Source: Cystobasidiomycetes sp. EMM_F5 (lineage: Eukaryota). Taken from it: a stretch of DNA of 64,000 bases. A program made the position numbers and the translations under genes. Each line of letters starts with the position of its first letter. Within the stretch, counting starts at the first letter, position 1. The stretch is taken from assembly GCA_051047955.1 (NCBI GenBank), contig JBPGPT010000001.1:992001-1056000 (forward strand), given 5' to 3'. Under the pieces are notes generated by a model. That model made no database searches, had not been told where the DNA came from, and saw only the letters and a program-made list of their open reading frames with translations. Shown here piece by piece: positions 11,509-22,578 of this stretch.

Positions 11509-13465
11509 CTATGCTGCGTACGAATTGTTCGTGTTATGCGGATACGCTGGTAGATCTGGAGCGTGCTGAATGTTGGTGAGGTGACCTCCGCTGAAGAAAC
11601 GGTCTTCCGTCGGGAAATGCGGTGAATCGAATGTATCGGACATGTTAGCAAGCGGGATGGACGGCTGCTGACTTGAAGAGGCGTGCAATTCCATAGACAA
11701 GTCCTGTCGGCTTTGAGGAACGTATCTGACATCTCGAGGGTCGTATCGGAGATGTGGTGGAAGCGTCATGGCTTGCTGTGAAAGGTGATTGCTGCGAAAC
11801 GTTCAGATACGTCAGTCAGCTCGCCCAACATTCCGCTATGACTGACCGAGTCCCATTTGTGCTGTGTTTCGTTCCTCTACCTCTGTACGCCTGGCGGCCA
11901 TGTTGTGCTCCATGCTGTGCTGCAGTGACTTCAGCTCCATACACATGGCGTCTTGTAGGCGCATCGCTTGACACCGCTCCAGGCCATTGAGCAAAACCAT
12001 TCCCTGTGGGCGATTCTGAAGACTGAGAAACGGAATACGAGGGTCCGTCCTGCCATGGCGATATCGGCTCTCCTTTTGGCTCCATCTTGATAGACCCCAT
12101 CCCGGGATGAGTAGATGGACCGCTCCACGAGTGATGCGGCAAGGATACATGCGTTACAAACGGAGCAGGCGAAGTAGGAGAGCCAAATCTTCTTTCCAGC
12201 TCTGCCGGCAATGGCAGGTTGAGAGCCACAGGTTCTGGTACCGGCCGGTGGACGGCATGTACGGGTACGATAGGGTTCAGGTGATTGGGGACTGGATGGA
12301 ACACCGATGCCACAAGATTCCGGTTCGCTGGAACAAATTCTCGCTGCGGACCAGTACCGGGCCGTTCGATCGAAGCCTTCTCGATTGCCCTGCTTTCTCT
12401 AGGCGTAAAAGTGCGGGCGGTGATCCGTGATGCATCATTGCGCTGATGCGAATTGCTATCGAGAGGCTTCCGATAGGGGAAGCTGGCTCGATGAACGGTA
12501 TTGCCAGTACGGCTGCTGTTATACCGCATGTCTGGTGAGGGAGACCTACGAAAGCTAAAAGAATGTCCGCGCGGCGGTGGATTACGTCTCGCCGGAGACA
12601 CGGATCTGCTGTACCGCCGTCTCGTATACCCCAACGAAGAACGGAGTGGACTTCGACTGCGAGATCTGCTGCGGTACACGTTTCTCTGCGGACTCCTGCT
12701 TCGACTCCGATATCTAGACGGAGCGCTATTAGGAGTAGTGCTTGAATATCTATTGCTATCAGGTCTACCTCTTTGCATCTGCATTGCATTGTCGGGCCCA
12801 ACTGAGCGCGGATTGTATGGCGAGTCCTGCCGAGAACGCCGGCTGGATGCTGGAGAAGGGGATCGCTGCCGGTCTCGATATTGTGAGAAACTGTCTGCCC
12901 GACCGGGTAAGGGTGCGCTGTTTGCAGCGGGAGGTAGTCGTTGTTTTGCAAACTTGTCGCGACTCGGGTCGAAGCGCACATCTGTGTTAGAGTGTGAGCT
13001 TTCGATAGACGAGCTCGAGAGAGTAGCGTTCAGTGGTGATGGTTGCCTGCGCTGTAGCCGTTGAGGCGGCTGAAGTTTGTCATTCGCGCTATTGCGAAGT
13101 GCGTAAGTTGAGGTAGTTTCTGAGTCTCGATAAGACTTTGAGGACTGATTGTCAGCAGGTCCACCGGAGATAGATGGTACCGCGCTAGGACGGAGCTGAC
13201 TGTCAACATCGCCTTGCCCGGACGTCCGTGATGGAAGCGGCGAAACTGGCAGCCGAGCTGAAGCGCCAACATCACCCTCACGACGTTGCCCAGCGATTGG
13301 TCTGTCAGACTCGCGGCTGGCGGCGTTCGTATTGCTTTGCAGATCCGGTCTCAGCGGTCGGGGCTGGTAGAAGGGGTGTCGGCCAGACAAGATCTCGTCT
13401 CGTAGTCGCTTCAGGATACGATAATCTCTCTCGAGCGACGCCTGTGAATACGTGAATGTCGCCAT
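11509..13465 (-). CDS. Uncharacterised Arg/Ser/Pro-rich disordered protein; 3' exon structure uncertain
   Basis: Long ORF 11816-13624 with a plausible ATG at 13465 (MATFTYSQ) and RSRSRSP repeats. An intron-like segment near 11780-11845 leads into ORF 11509-11769. Confidence 0.65.
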
Positions 13466-14075
13466 TGGCGGGATCCTGCTGTCAGTATCGTAAAAAGGCG
13501 AGCCGCTTCTTTCGCCAAGAGGTATGGGGCCAAGAGAGCGGTTTCGTGCAACTTGAGCAGTCATGGCGCAGCATTTGTCATTCTTTGTAGATTGGAATGG
13601 TCGAGAGCGTTTGCGCATTTGCAACCCGTGATCGTTGTGCCAGTTGTCCGGCTTTCAATCAAGCCTGCCTTTTCCTTTTGCACATCCAAAGCAAGCGAGA
13701 CATTTGACGATTCAGGGTTTAGCTGTCCCACTGTCTATTGCATACTAACGATAAAACCAACTCATGAGAATTCGAGGACTGTCATACTCGTGGTCCTTCA
13801 AAACAAGGGCAAGACTGACAGCTGAAGCTAAATGTCTTTTGTATCCCTCTACGCGTCAATGTAGATGTTTCGGACGAATCCGAACGAGTGCCAAAGCCTG
13901 AAGTTAGTGAAAAGGAGGCGTTGTATTTCGCCAAAGCCTGACGCAAGACATCCGTGATGGGAAACCCCGCATTTCAAAGGGACAGCTGCCACTGCTGACA
14001 AAACAACGCACGCGACTGGAAAGAGCGTCTCGGACACTCTGATACCCATACACTGATTTCACCTCACAACCAAAT

Positions 14076-15356
14076 ATGCCTGGTCTTGCGAGACATTCCG
14101 CAACATCCGTAAACAGCGACACATCAGTACAAGCTGATCTCATTTCCGTTGGCTCCATTATTCTGCACGATGCGCTCAAGTGTGAAGTCACCAGATCACC
14201 CATAGCGTTGCTGCCATCGAAGCCCTTGAGCTCTGGCCAGCCAGCCTTTGCTATGTCGCGCCTGACACTGCAATTGTCATTCGTTACTCTCACTACGGAC
14301 GAGGCGGCATGGGCTCGCACAAACCACAAGCTTGGACCAAATGGCAACAGCACTTACTTGGAGTACGTGGATGCCCGCGTAGCGCTGAGCAGTACTATGG
14401 CCCTTCCGGAAAATGAAGGCTTGCCTTGGTCTGCGCCCCTCTGCCTCGCTGATGGACTGTCCGGCGAAGAGCATTACGAACGAATCGTTCGCGCTGGGTC
14501 AGCTCTGATAGCTGATCTGAAGGAAGCTAATCAGAATCGGGAAGAGAATCCGAAACGATTGGGCACCGGAGGATTTCGAGTTCGACAAGGAGGGGCACCT
14601 ATCGTTGGCATGCTTGGAGCGCAGTGGGTCGAACAAGATGTCAACAGCACCGGAGCAAAGTCTGCTACTCTTTCAGCTGCTCGGATGAGTGCAACAAGCG
14701 CAGTCTCCTCATCGGCAACTGCGCTCGACCACAGTGGTGCACGAGACTCTGGCATTTCCTCAGCTTCCTGTCCAGCCGGTCGAGCCTCCGTCACTCCATG
14801 CAGCTCATCACATTGGGAAAGCGAGCCGAGTGGCAGTGGAACGACTGGAGTCATGTTTCAGCTCCGACCGGCAATGTCGAAATGTAGCGAATGCCGCACG
14901 CGACCGCTACAGGCTGTGTTTGCCAGCGCTCGTGGTAAAAAGGTCCAGGGGCTCGAGGAGCTGTCGCGTCAAGCGAAGATTGCTCATCTCGCACCCAACA
15001 AGACCTTTCGATTAGTGATGAATTTGATGAACTATGAAAACACCGCTGATGCGACCGCCACGAAGGCATCGGATATGTCCGACGAGTTCTTTGCTCATTT
15101 TCGCATCGTCTTCTATTTCAGCGACGACCGCAAGTCCACCGAGGAGGAGAAGCAGTGTTGTCCGACAGGCAGGCACGTCTTTACAGCTTCTGTCAAGATT
15201 GGAAAGGAAGGTGACGCGAAATTGAAGCTGAAGAAGGTGACGGATGTTGGAGACGCGTTGGCGAGGTTGGAAGGCAAGGCAGCCCCTCCTCCGCTCAAAA
15301 CTGCCCCGCTGCCGTTGAAATTGATGCGGCCGAAGCCGACCAAATCCAAAAAGTAG
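14076..15356 (+). CDS. Uncharacterised 426-aa intronless protein; possible Ig/p53-like DNA-binding fold with a basic C-terminus
   Basis: Uninterrupted ORF with beta-strand-like blocks (LTLQLSF, FRLVMNL, FRIVFYF, VFTASVKIG), a CxxC, and a Lys-rich tail RPKPTKSKK. Confidence 0.7.
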   Translation: MPGLARHSATSVNSDTSVQADLISVGSIILHDALKCEVTRSPIALLPSKPLSSGQPAFAMSRLTLQLSFVTLTTDEAAWARTNHKLGPNGNSTYLEYVDARVALSSTMALPENEGLPWSAPLCLADGLSGEEHYERIVRAGSALIADLKEANQNREENPKRLGTGGFRVRQGGAPIVGMLGAQWVEQDVNSTGAKSATLSAARMSATSAVSSSATALDHSGARDSGISSASCPAGRASVTPCSSSHWESEPSGSGTTGVMFQLRPAMSKCSECRTRPLQAVFASARGKKVQGLEELSRQAKIAHLAPNKTFRLVMNLMNYENTADATATKASDMSDEFFAHFRIVFYFSDDRKSTEEEKQCCPTGRHVFTASVKIGKEGDAKLKLKKVTDVGDALARLEGKAAPPPLKTAPLPLKLMRPKPTKSKK

Positions 15357-15449
15357 ATTGTCTTTGTCGTTTGCGAAAGGTGTAGGAACTGGTTTCCGGG
15401 CTTCATTACAACAACATTTCACTGCACTGAGTGTGCGAGGAGGTCGGCG

Positions 15450-16070
15450 TCAGCTGCGTTCGAGATTGATTGCACCTGTTGGAATGAACGGCAAGGTATC
15501 AGCAAACGACGTAGATGGCGCGAAGGACAGAGTGACCTACTTCCAAACTTTGCGTACAATGTAGCTTTCAGTTCGTCCATCTTCTCCTTGCATTCATCTT
15601 GTTCTCTCTCTAAGGCTTCGAGATTGCCTTCCAATGTTTCGACTTCCTCGTCCATCCGTTCCGTGGCCTTTGCCGCTGTCAGATGGTAGAATGCAGCTGC
15701 AATCTTGAACAGTATCGGCTCGTCCTCGTCTGCCAGCTCTAGCTCCATGCGCAAGTCCTCCAGCTGTTCGTGCTCGTCCTGCGCAGAATGACGATACGAT
15801 GTCAATGCTGCCTCTCCGGTAACTGTATCGCGTCAAGCAGAAGCAGCAGCCCACCTTTAGCCGCACAAGCGACTCCTCAATGTCTGTCAGGCGATGGTTC
15901 AGGGTCGAGTATGCGTTGATGCGCTCCTGGTCTTCTAGCACGACCTCGACATCGCTGCCTTCGTCCTTTTGGCTGAGCTGCAGTCATGGACCAGCACTCA
16001 GCACATGATGGCAGTCTCGTCGTCGTCGTCGTCGCCATCGTTGCATCCTCACCATCCGAACATTCTCCAT
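15450..16070 (-). CDS. GIM3: Prefoldin subunit 4
   Basis: Spliced MENVRM|LSQKDEGSDVEVVLEDQERINAYSTLN...ELELADEDEPILFKIAAAFYHL...LKATLYAKFG|GAINLERS*. Confidence 0.92.
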
Positions 16071-16334
16071 GTTGGTTTGCAGGCGAAACAAGTCATTCAT
16101 TTAGCAATGAGATCAGAAAGATATGCAAACGGGCTTTAATCACATCAGAGAGCTACACGCCGATAGTTCTGGCCGTTGACCGGTAAGGCGGCTATGGCTA
16201 ACATCGCTTTGCCGACTGTCCAAGCTGTTTACTCGTCCAGTCGCGTGCATTTTGTCGGCAAGACCATTGTTCCGCGATTTTATGCTCTCACATTTTCACA
16301 GTCTAGGGCTGGCTTTCTCGTGTGGAGCTCTGTG

Positions 16335-17984
16335 ATGCACAGACTGTCCGTTCAGAAGACTCTGCGCACGCTCCAGACCAGATCTTTCAGCACTAGCCTG
16401 CCCACAATGGCCGCACCCGTTCACCGCTGCTCCCACGTCGGCAGCTGGCTCCGCCCAGCCGAAGTCAAAGAACAGCGAACAGCATTCTTCGAAAAGAAGA
16501 TTGGCGCTGATGAGCTCCGCAAGACTGAGGACAAGCACATTGCCCAGGTTGTAAAGGAGCAGCAGGCAGCAGGCTTGAAGGTGAGCTGAGAACGGCCGGA
16601 TGATTTGCAAAGTTGCATGCAAGCTGATCAGTATCTCGGACGATGCAGGATATCTCTGATGGTATGTAGGACGGTGCTGACCGCCTTCCAAAGGTCCACT
16701 CAACTTAATTATCGCTTATTCCCTACAACGCCTTGACGCACGTCCCTCCAAACGTGTCTCTGCCCCACATTTGCCAGGCGAATACCGTCGAGAGTACTTC
16801 CGTAAGTCGCAAAACACGCCATTTGACTACGTAGTGTCCATATTGATGTGCTCAATACCACAGATCTTGACTTCCTGTCGCAGCTCGGCGGAATCACTGT
16901 GGTGCAAAACAGTCTTCCAGGCGAAGACAAGGCAAACTACAAGCCGCCTACGCTTGTCGGTCATTCCTGTCCCAGAGTGAGCAATAGACATACTGAGTAT
17001 TGGCATGCTGGAATCGCAGGCCGTCAGCGGCAAGTTGAAGCACGTCAAGGACATCGAGGTGGACAATTACAAATACCTTACCTCCCTCATCGACTCGTCC
17101 AAGGGAGAAATTGTCAAGATTGCTATTCCATCTGCGACTATGGCACATTTCCGTGGTGGACGATCATCCATCGACATTCAAGCCTACCCCAACTTGGACG
17201 ACTTCTTTGATGACCTCGCGCTCTGCTACCGCCAGGAAATTGCAGCACTCGGCGCGGCGGGCTGCAAGTTTGTGCAGCTCGACGATACGAACCTCGCTTA
17301 TCTGTGCGATCTCAAGATGCGAGAGGCAGCTGCCGGCCGTGGCGAAGACCTCAATACGCTCCCAAGACAGTACGCCAAGCTCATTAATGATTGTATACGC
17401 GAAAAGCCAAAGGACATGACTATTGGCATCCATCTGTGCCGCGGAAATTTGTGCGCAACAGCTTGATGCCTCGCTGATCAACGCGAAAACCTGACTGATG
17501 CGCGCTCCCTTTTGCAAACAGCCGATCTACCCATTTTGCAGAAGGCGGATACGAGCCGATCGCTGAAGTTCTCTTCCGCGAGCTCGATGCCGACATTTAC
17601 TTTTTGGAGTTTGACGATTCTCGGTCTGGAGACTTCGCTCCGCTCCGCTTCCTGCCAGAAGGCAAGACCGTCATTCTCGGTCTTGTCTCTTCCAAATTCC
17701 CGGAGTTGGAGGACAAGCAAGCCGTTATCAAGCGCATCCAAGAAGCAGCAAAAATTGTCCCAGGAGGTTTGAAGCAGCTCGGCTTGAGCCCGCAGTGCGG
17801 TTTCAGCAGTACTGCTCACGGCAATAATGTGAGTTATCAACATCAGTACCGCCGATACCAATAGTCTGGAAATTCAAGCTGATCCGCTTGCGTGACTCAC
17901 CGACAGTTGACTGCCGACGAGCAATGGGCCAAGATGAAGCTCTGCCGCGAGATTGTCGAGGAGGTCTGGGGCAAGGATGCCTAA
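16335..17984 (+). CDS. Single-domain cobalamin-independent methionine synthase-like protein (Meth_synt_2, UROD/MetE-like fold)
   Basis: HVGSWLRP, spliced ISDGEYRR, and VQLDD. Zn ligands IHLCRGN, LEFD and LSPQCGFSST. In-frame ATGs at 16335 and 16407. Confidence 0.9.
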
Positions 17985-18256
17985 AGCAGTATTGACTGCG
18001 AAATTCCGATGCTTGCACAAAATGAAGGTTTTTTCGATAAACGGATATTTTAGGGAACACCGCAAAACGGGGAGTATTTGTGGAGTTTCAACACTGTGGC
18101 ATAGGTTCCTCGTCTCTCGTAGACCCAAAAAGCGGTCTTTTACGGCCTTTGTTATCGTAGTCGAGCGTGTTTGTCGTCGTCGGGCACATGGCTCGTTATA
18201 AAAACCACCATCAACTGGATCATGCTGGCTTGTTAATTTGTTCATTATCTGTAGGT

Positions 18257-18795
18257 CTATGCTGCAGCTTTCGCTGTGACTTGCTTTGGCGGCCGATGCA
18301 ACAGAATTTTGGCTTGCGCCGCTTCGCAATGTTCGGCCAGGTCTACATCAAGCGAGGTTATAGAGGAAGCCTCCGAGTGGGTCGTTAGAGAGATGGAAAC
18401 ACGATTGTACACCTGTAATAATACGTCAGAATTCACATGTCTTATGTAGAAACTGAAGTTGCGAGAGCCTCGCATTTGACCATTCCGGATGATGCTGGCG
18501 AGTGCAAGTCAGCTTCAACATCGCCATCGATAGCAGTCGACGAGTCCATGGGCTGCCGTACATTCATGGATTCAGCCTTCTCTGCTACGTCAGCCATAAA
18601 CGACCAGGCCTCGCGAAAGTTGCGAAACTTGAAGTCTTTGGACAGCATTGCGCTGTCACTGTTCGACGTGCCTCCACAAGGAACGCAATTATCGCCTTGC
18701 CCGTTCTTCTTTTCCATTCTCCATGGCTTTGCAGCGGTCAATAACGCCTGCAACCGCTCGGCGGACGGCGGTATCGCAGCACCTGCCTTGCCCAT
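18257..18795 (-). CDS. Pterin-4-alpha-carbinolamine dehydratase
   Basis: LSKDFKFRNFREAWSFM...AESMN|HHPEWSN|VYNRVSISLTTH...ITSLDVDLA, the canonical PCD HHPEW signature. Confidence 0.92.
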
Positions 18796-19034
18796 TTGCA
18801 CGCAGCTGAGACTTAGTACTCGTATAGGAGAGCAGTGCATTGAAGTGACTTCAATCAATTGGGAATCATGAAAACGGCCTTGTTTAAAAGTTGATGGGTT
18901 ACCCTTCCACAGACTCAGCAGTGTTTCCGCCCAACAAGCTGCCTACTGGACTACTGTCACACGCTCATTTCAACACTTCGAAGCCTACATCAACGTGCAT
19001 TATAACGTATCGTCTGCTTGCCTGACCTCCGGCC

Positions 19035-20325
19035 ATGGTGTTCGAGGCGACATGCAGCGCGCCAGTGAATATCGCAGTAATCAAAGTAAGCTGAAGAACA
19101 GATGACTGCGCCATTTAGTAAAGCTAAAGCGTATGCTTCATAGTACTGGGGCAAGCGGAATACCAAGCTCATTCTTCCCACGAACAGCTCCTTGTCGGTC
19201 ACACTGTCGCAAGATGACCTTCGAAGCACAACATCCATTCGCGCAGACCAGTCTTTTGAAAAGGACAGACTGTGGTTGAATGGGAAAGAAGAAGGCGGAG
19301 TGAACGAAGGCAGAACGGGAGCCTGCATACGGGAGCTTAGACATTTACGCAAAACACTCGAAGAAAAGGACTCGGCGTTACCAGTCAGTCCATGTCCACC
19401 GATATTTAGGAAGTCGGGGTACTGAGAGATCGCTTGTTCCCGCCTCCATTAGAAGATCTCCGATTTACGCTTGCATATCGTCTCCGAAAACAATTTCCCT
19501 ACGGCAGCCGGCCTAGCCTCCTCTGCGAGTGGCTTTGCTGCTCTGTCCTTCACCCTATACACCCTGTACAAATTGTCTTCAAGCATGAACCTGTCTCAGC
19601 TGTCTCGAATCGCGAGACAAGGGTCAGGATCTGCATGTCGCTCTGTATTCGGCGGATACGTAGCGTGGGAAATGGGTCTAGAAGAGTCAGGAGAGGATAG
19701 CTTGGCGATCGAGGTAGCGCCTGTCGAACACTGGCCAAACATGAAGGCTTTGATATGCGTCGTGTCAGACGTCAAGAAGGGCACGTCCTCCACCTCCGGC
19801 ATGCAAAGAACAGTCGAAACATCGCCCCTTCTGCAGAAGCGAATAAAGGAAGTTGTGCCGGACAGAATGGCCGCCATGAGCAAAGCAATCAAAGAGCGAG
19901 ACTTTGAGTTGTTTGCGCAGATTACTATGCAAGATTCAAATCAATTCCATGCCGTTTGCATGGATACACACCCGCCAATATTCTACATGAATGACACATC
20001 TCGTGCAATCATTGCTGCTATCAACGAAATCAATCAGTCTAATCCGAAAGATCGAACTATTGCTGCGTACACCTACGATGCCGGACCAAATGCAGTAATT
20101 TACGCATTGGAGGAGGACATGCCGCTCATCAAAGGAGTCATTGAGCATTGTTTCGTTGCGGGAAAAAATGGCTCGCTGTTCGACGGCTTCGACTCAGGCA
20201 AAATTGCAGCCGACTTCAAGGGCGGCGTCTCAAGGCTCATCGATACGCGGGTAGGGGATGGGCCGAGGACACTCGGAAATGAAAGCTTGATCGGCACCGA
20301 TGGGATGCCGATACGACAGGCGTGA
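19035..20325 (+). CDS. MVD1: Diphosphomevalonate decarboxylase
   Basis: APVNIAVIK|YWGKR, NSSLSVTL, SENNFPTAAGLASSASG, ARQGSGSACRS, DSNQFHAVC and AYTYDAGPNAV. Confidence 0.97.
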
Positions 20326-20460
20326 CTTGCGACACAGTAGATGACAGTTTCGCGAACGTACAAGGCGTGCACTTCGCATATGAGTACTTTCACTGATTGT
20401 GTTTCCGTCCTTCGACAAGAAACAAGTATACAGCCCGAGTCAGAAGATGTCCATACTTGC

Positions 20461-22278
20461 TCAATCTTCCCCACTTAAGAAGCGTTTCGCTACGACATTG
20501 TCCGTCTCCTCGATTGCTCTATAGTCTAGGTCTTTCAAGTATTGCTCGAATTCTCCAGTGTCCTCAAGCGGTACTTGAAAGCCGGTAAGCACTTTTCCGG
20601 TGTCACCACCGATGAAACGGTAGTGGAACAAGGATACATTCCAGCCACTTTTCAGCCCTTCCAGGAATTTGCGTAACGCTCCTGGTCGTTCCGGGAATTC
20701 GAAGCGGAATAGGCGCTCGTGAGGAACTGACTTTCGTCCGCCCACGAGGTATCTGGCATGTGATTTCGCCAATTCATTATTTGAGATGTCTGTCGCCAGG
20801 AATGTTGGCCTTTGCGGGTCGCTGTTATGTTTCGAAAGTGTTTTGTTGATTGCGCCAATAATCTCTGCAAGTTCATCCTTCCGATTCTGTTTACCTGATA
20901 AATGGAATGAGAGATAGATGTCTGCTCGCTCGGACGACGAGTAGCGATAACTGAACTCGGTGACTGTTCGCGGCAGGACGTGTGAGTGCAATTCCAGAAA
21001 GGCGCCGGGTCTTTCCGGAATGACGACGCTCAAAAGAGCTTCGCGGCCTTCTCCAAGTTCCGCTCGTTCCGCGACGAAGCGGAGACGGTCAAAATTCATA
21101 TTGGCACCCGACACAAGGCCAACGAATGTCTTGCCAGAATTTTGGAGGTTGTGCTTCTGGATATAGCGCTTCATTCCAGCAACAGCTAGAGCGCCAGACG
21201 GTTCTGGAACTGATCTGGTGTCTTCGAAGATGTCTTTGATGCCCGCGCAGATCTCGTCGTTATCGACCAGTATCATTTCGTCAACAATGCCCGATGAGCA
21301 AAGTCTCCAGCATTCCTCGCCAACGACCCTGACTGCTGTGCCGTCGGCGAATAGACCAACTTCGTCTAGTACTATACGCTTGCCTGCAGCAAAACTCCTC
21401 GTAAGGGCATCGGCATCGAATGTCTCCACTCCGATGACTTTGACGTGCGGAGGAGCGACAGCCTTGACATATGTAGCAATTCCAGCAAGCAGTCCGCCTC
21501 CTCCCACACAGACAAAGACTGCGTCCAAGTCATCCAGATTGTCGAGTTGTCTCAGAATTTCGACCGCCACGGTAGCCTGCCCAGCAATTACAAATGGATC
21601 ATCGTAAGGGGGTATATTCGTCCAGCCTTTTTCTTTCTCAAGTCTCGCACACTCTCCTTTAGCAACATCGAAGTTCTCGCCATGCAGTAATACATTCGAG
21701 CCAAGCCTTTGCACGTTCTTGTACTTGATGGAAGGGGTGTTCATAGGCATAACAATGGTGGATGCTATTCCAAGCTTTGCACAAGCTAGTGCTACGCCTT
21801 GCGCATGATTGCCTGCCATATGTAATTTTCAGCTTTCTCTCGGTTTGACCGATATCGATGAAGCTTTCGCACCAGCACTGCACGCAACAACGCCCTTTTC
21901 TTTGTCGGCTTTGGACAGCTGCGCTATGCAGTTGTATGCTCCACGGCACTTGAAGCTGAAGACTGGCTGCAAATCTTCACGCTTCAACGATATTTTGCAG
22001 CCCAGCCTGTTTGAAAGGCCAGTCGCGAACGTCAATGGCGTGGCTTGAACGACATCGTACACCCGCGCAGTCAAGATCATGGGGAGGTAGTTGGGAGTGC
22101 CATCTGGCAGCAGCATATGCTTCGGAACCCTGCGATACAGATGATGCGGTATAGGAGCATGACCGCCGTCATCACCGTTGGCTTGCGGAGCATGGTCTGG
22201 CAACGGTGGTTCAAGAGACCGCACGCTCGGTCCTTTTGACGATGAACGCCCAGTACGGACGACCTGCGCGGACGGCAT
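20461..22278 (-). CDS. ILV1: Threonine dehydratase (biosynthetic), with C-terminal ACT-like regulatory domains
   Basis: [53 protein letters not shown] and [10 protein letters not shown]. An in-frame upstream ATG lies at 22374. Confidence 0.97.
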
Positions 22279-22578
22279 GTTGGGCGGAATACAATTCAGA
22301 CGTCTGACAATATCGAGTACTTGGACACGATGTTTGATCAAAAAAAATACCCTGAAGCTGTGACTGAGTGCCATTACTCTCCAACATCTATATCATTTCA
22401 TTCACTACACTGCCCTCCACCTTCGCAAAGATAGCAACTAAAGATTCGCAAAGTGAAGAAAGAATTGAAACTCCGCAATACCGTCCCGTCAGATCTGATC
22501 TCAACGGAAGTCACCAAGTTTGTGCAATCAATGAAAGCAGTTGAATGACCTGTGAGTGCGTCAAATTGCTGAACCTGC

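Noticed and set aside
12277..13064. Long antisense or alternative-frame ORFs (also 29417-30073 and 59172-59825)
   Set aside because: They are shadows of real low-complexity or codon-biased CDSs and carry no independent motifs.
16580..16648. GCTGAGA motif resembling the TPP riboswitch core
   Set aside because: The downstream conserved elements (CTTGAT...TAAT..CAGCG) are absent. Similar hexamers elsewhere are intron branch or donor sequence.
16662..16777. Internal CTGAC...AAG|GT in the 116-nt MetE-like intron, suggesting recursive splicing or a regulatory RNA
   Set aside because: The first sub-intron would be only 32 nt, and no TPP aptamer or snoRNA box set is visible.
20323..20340. Stop-codon readthrough to a cryptic PTS1 (MVD1 TGA CT...), also checked for several other enzymes
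   Set aside because: The extension would be LATQ*, and no SKL-like ending was found after the stops examined.
22279..22374. Upstream in-frame extension of ILV1 as a mitochondrial presequence
   Set aside because: It is hydrophobic, contains Asp and includes a poly-T tract typical of promoter/UTR sequence, so support is weak.
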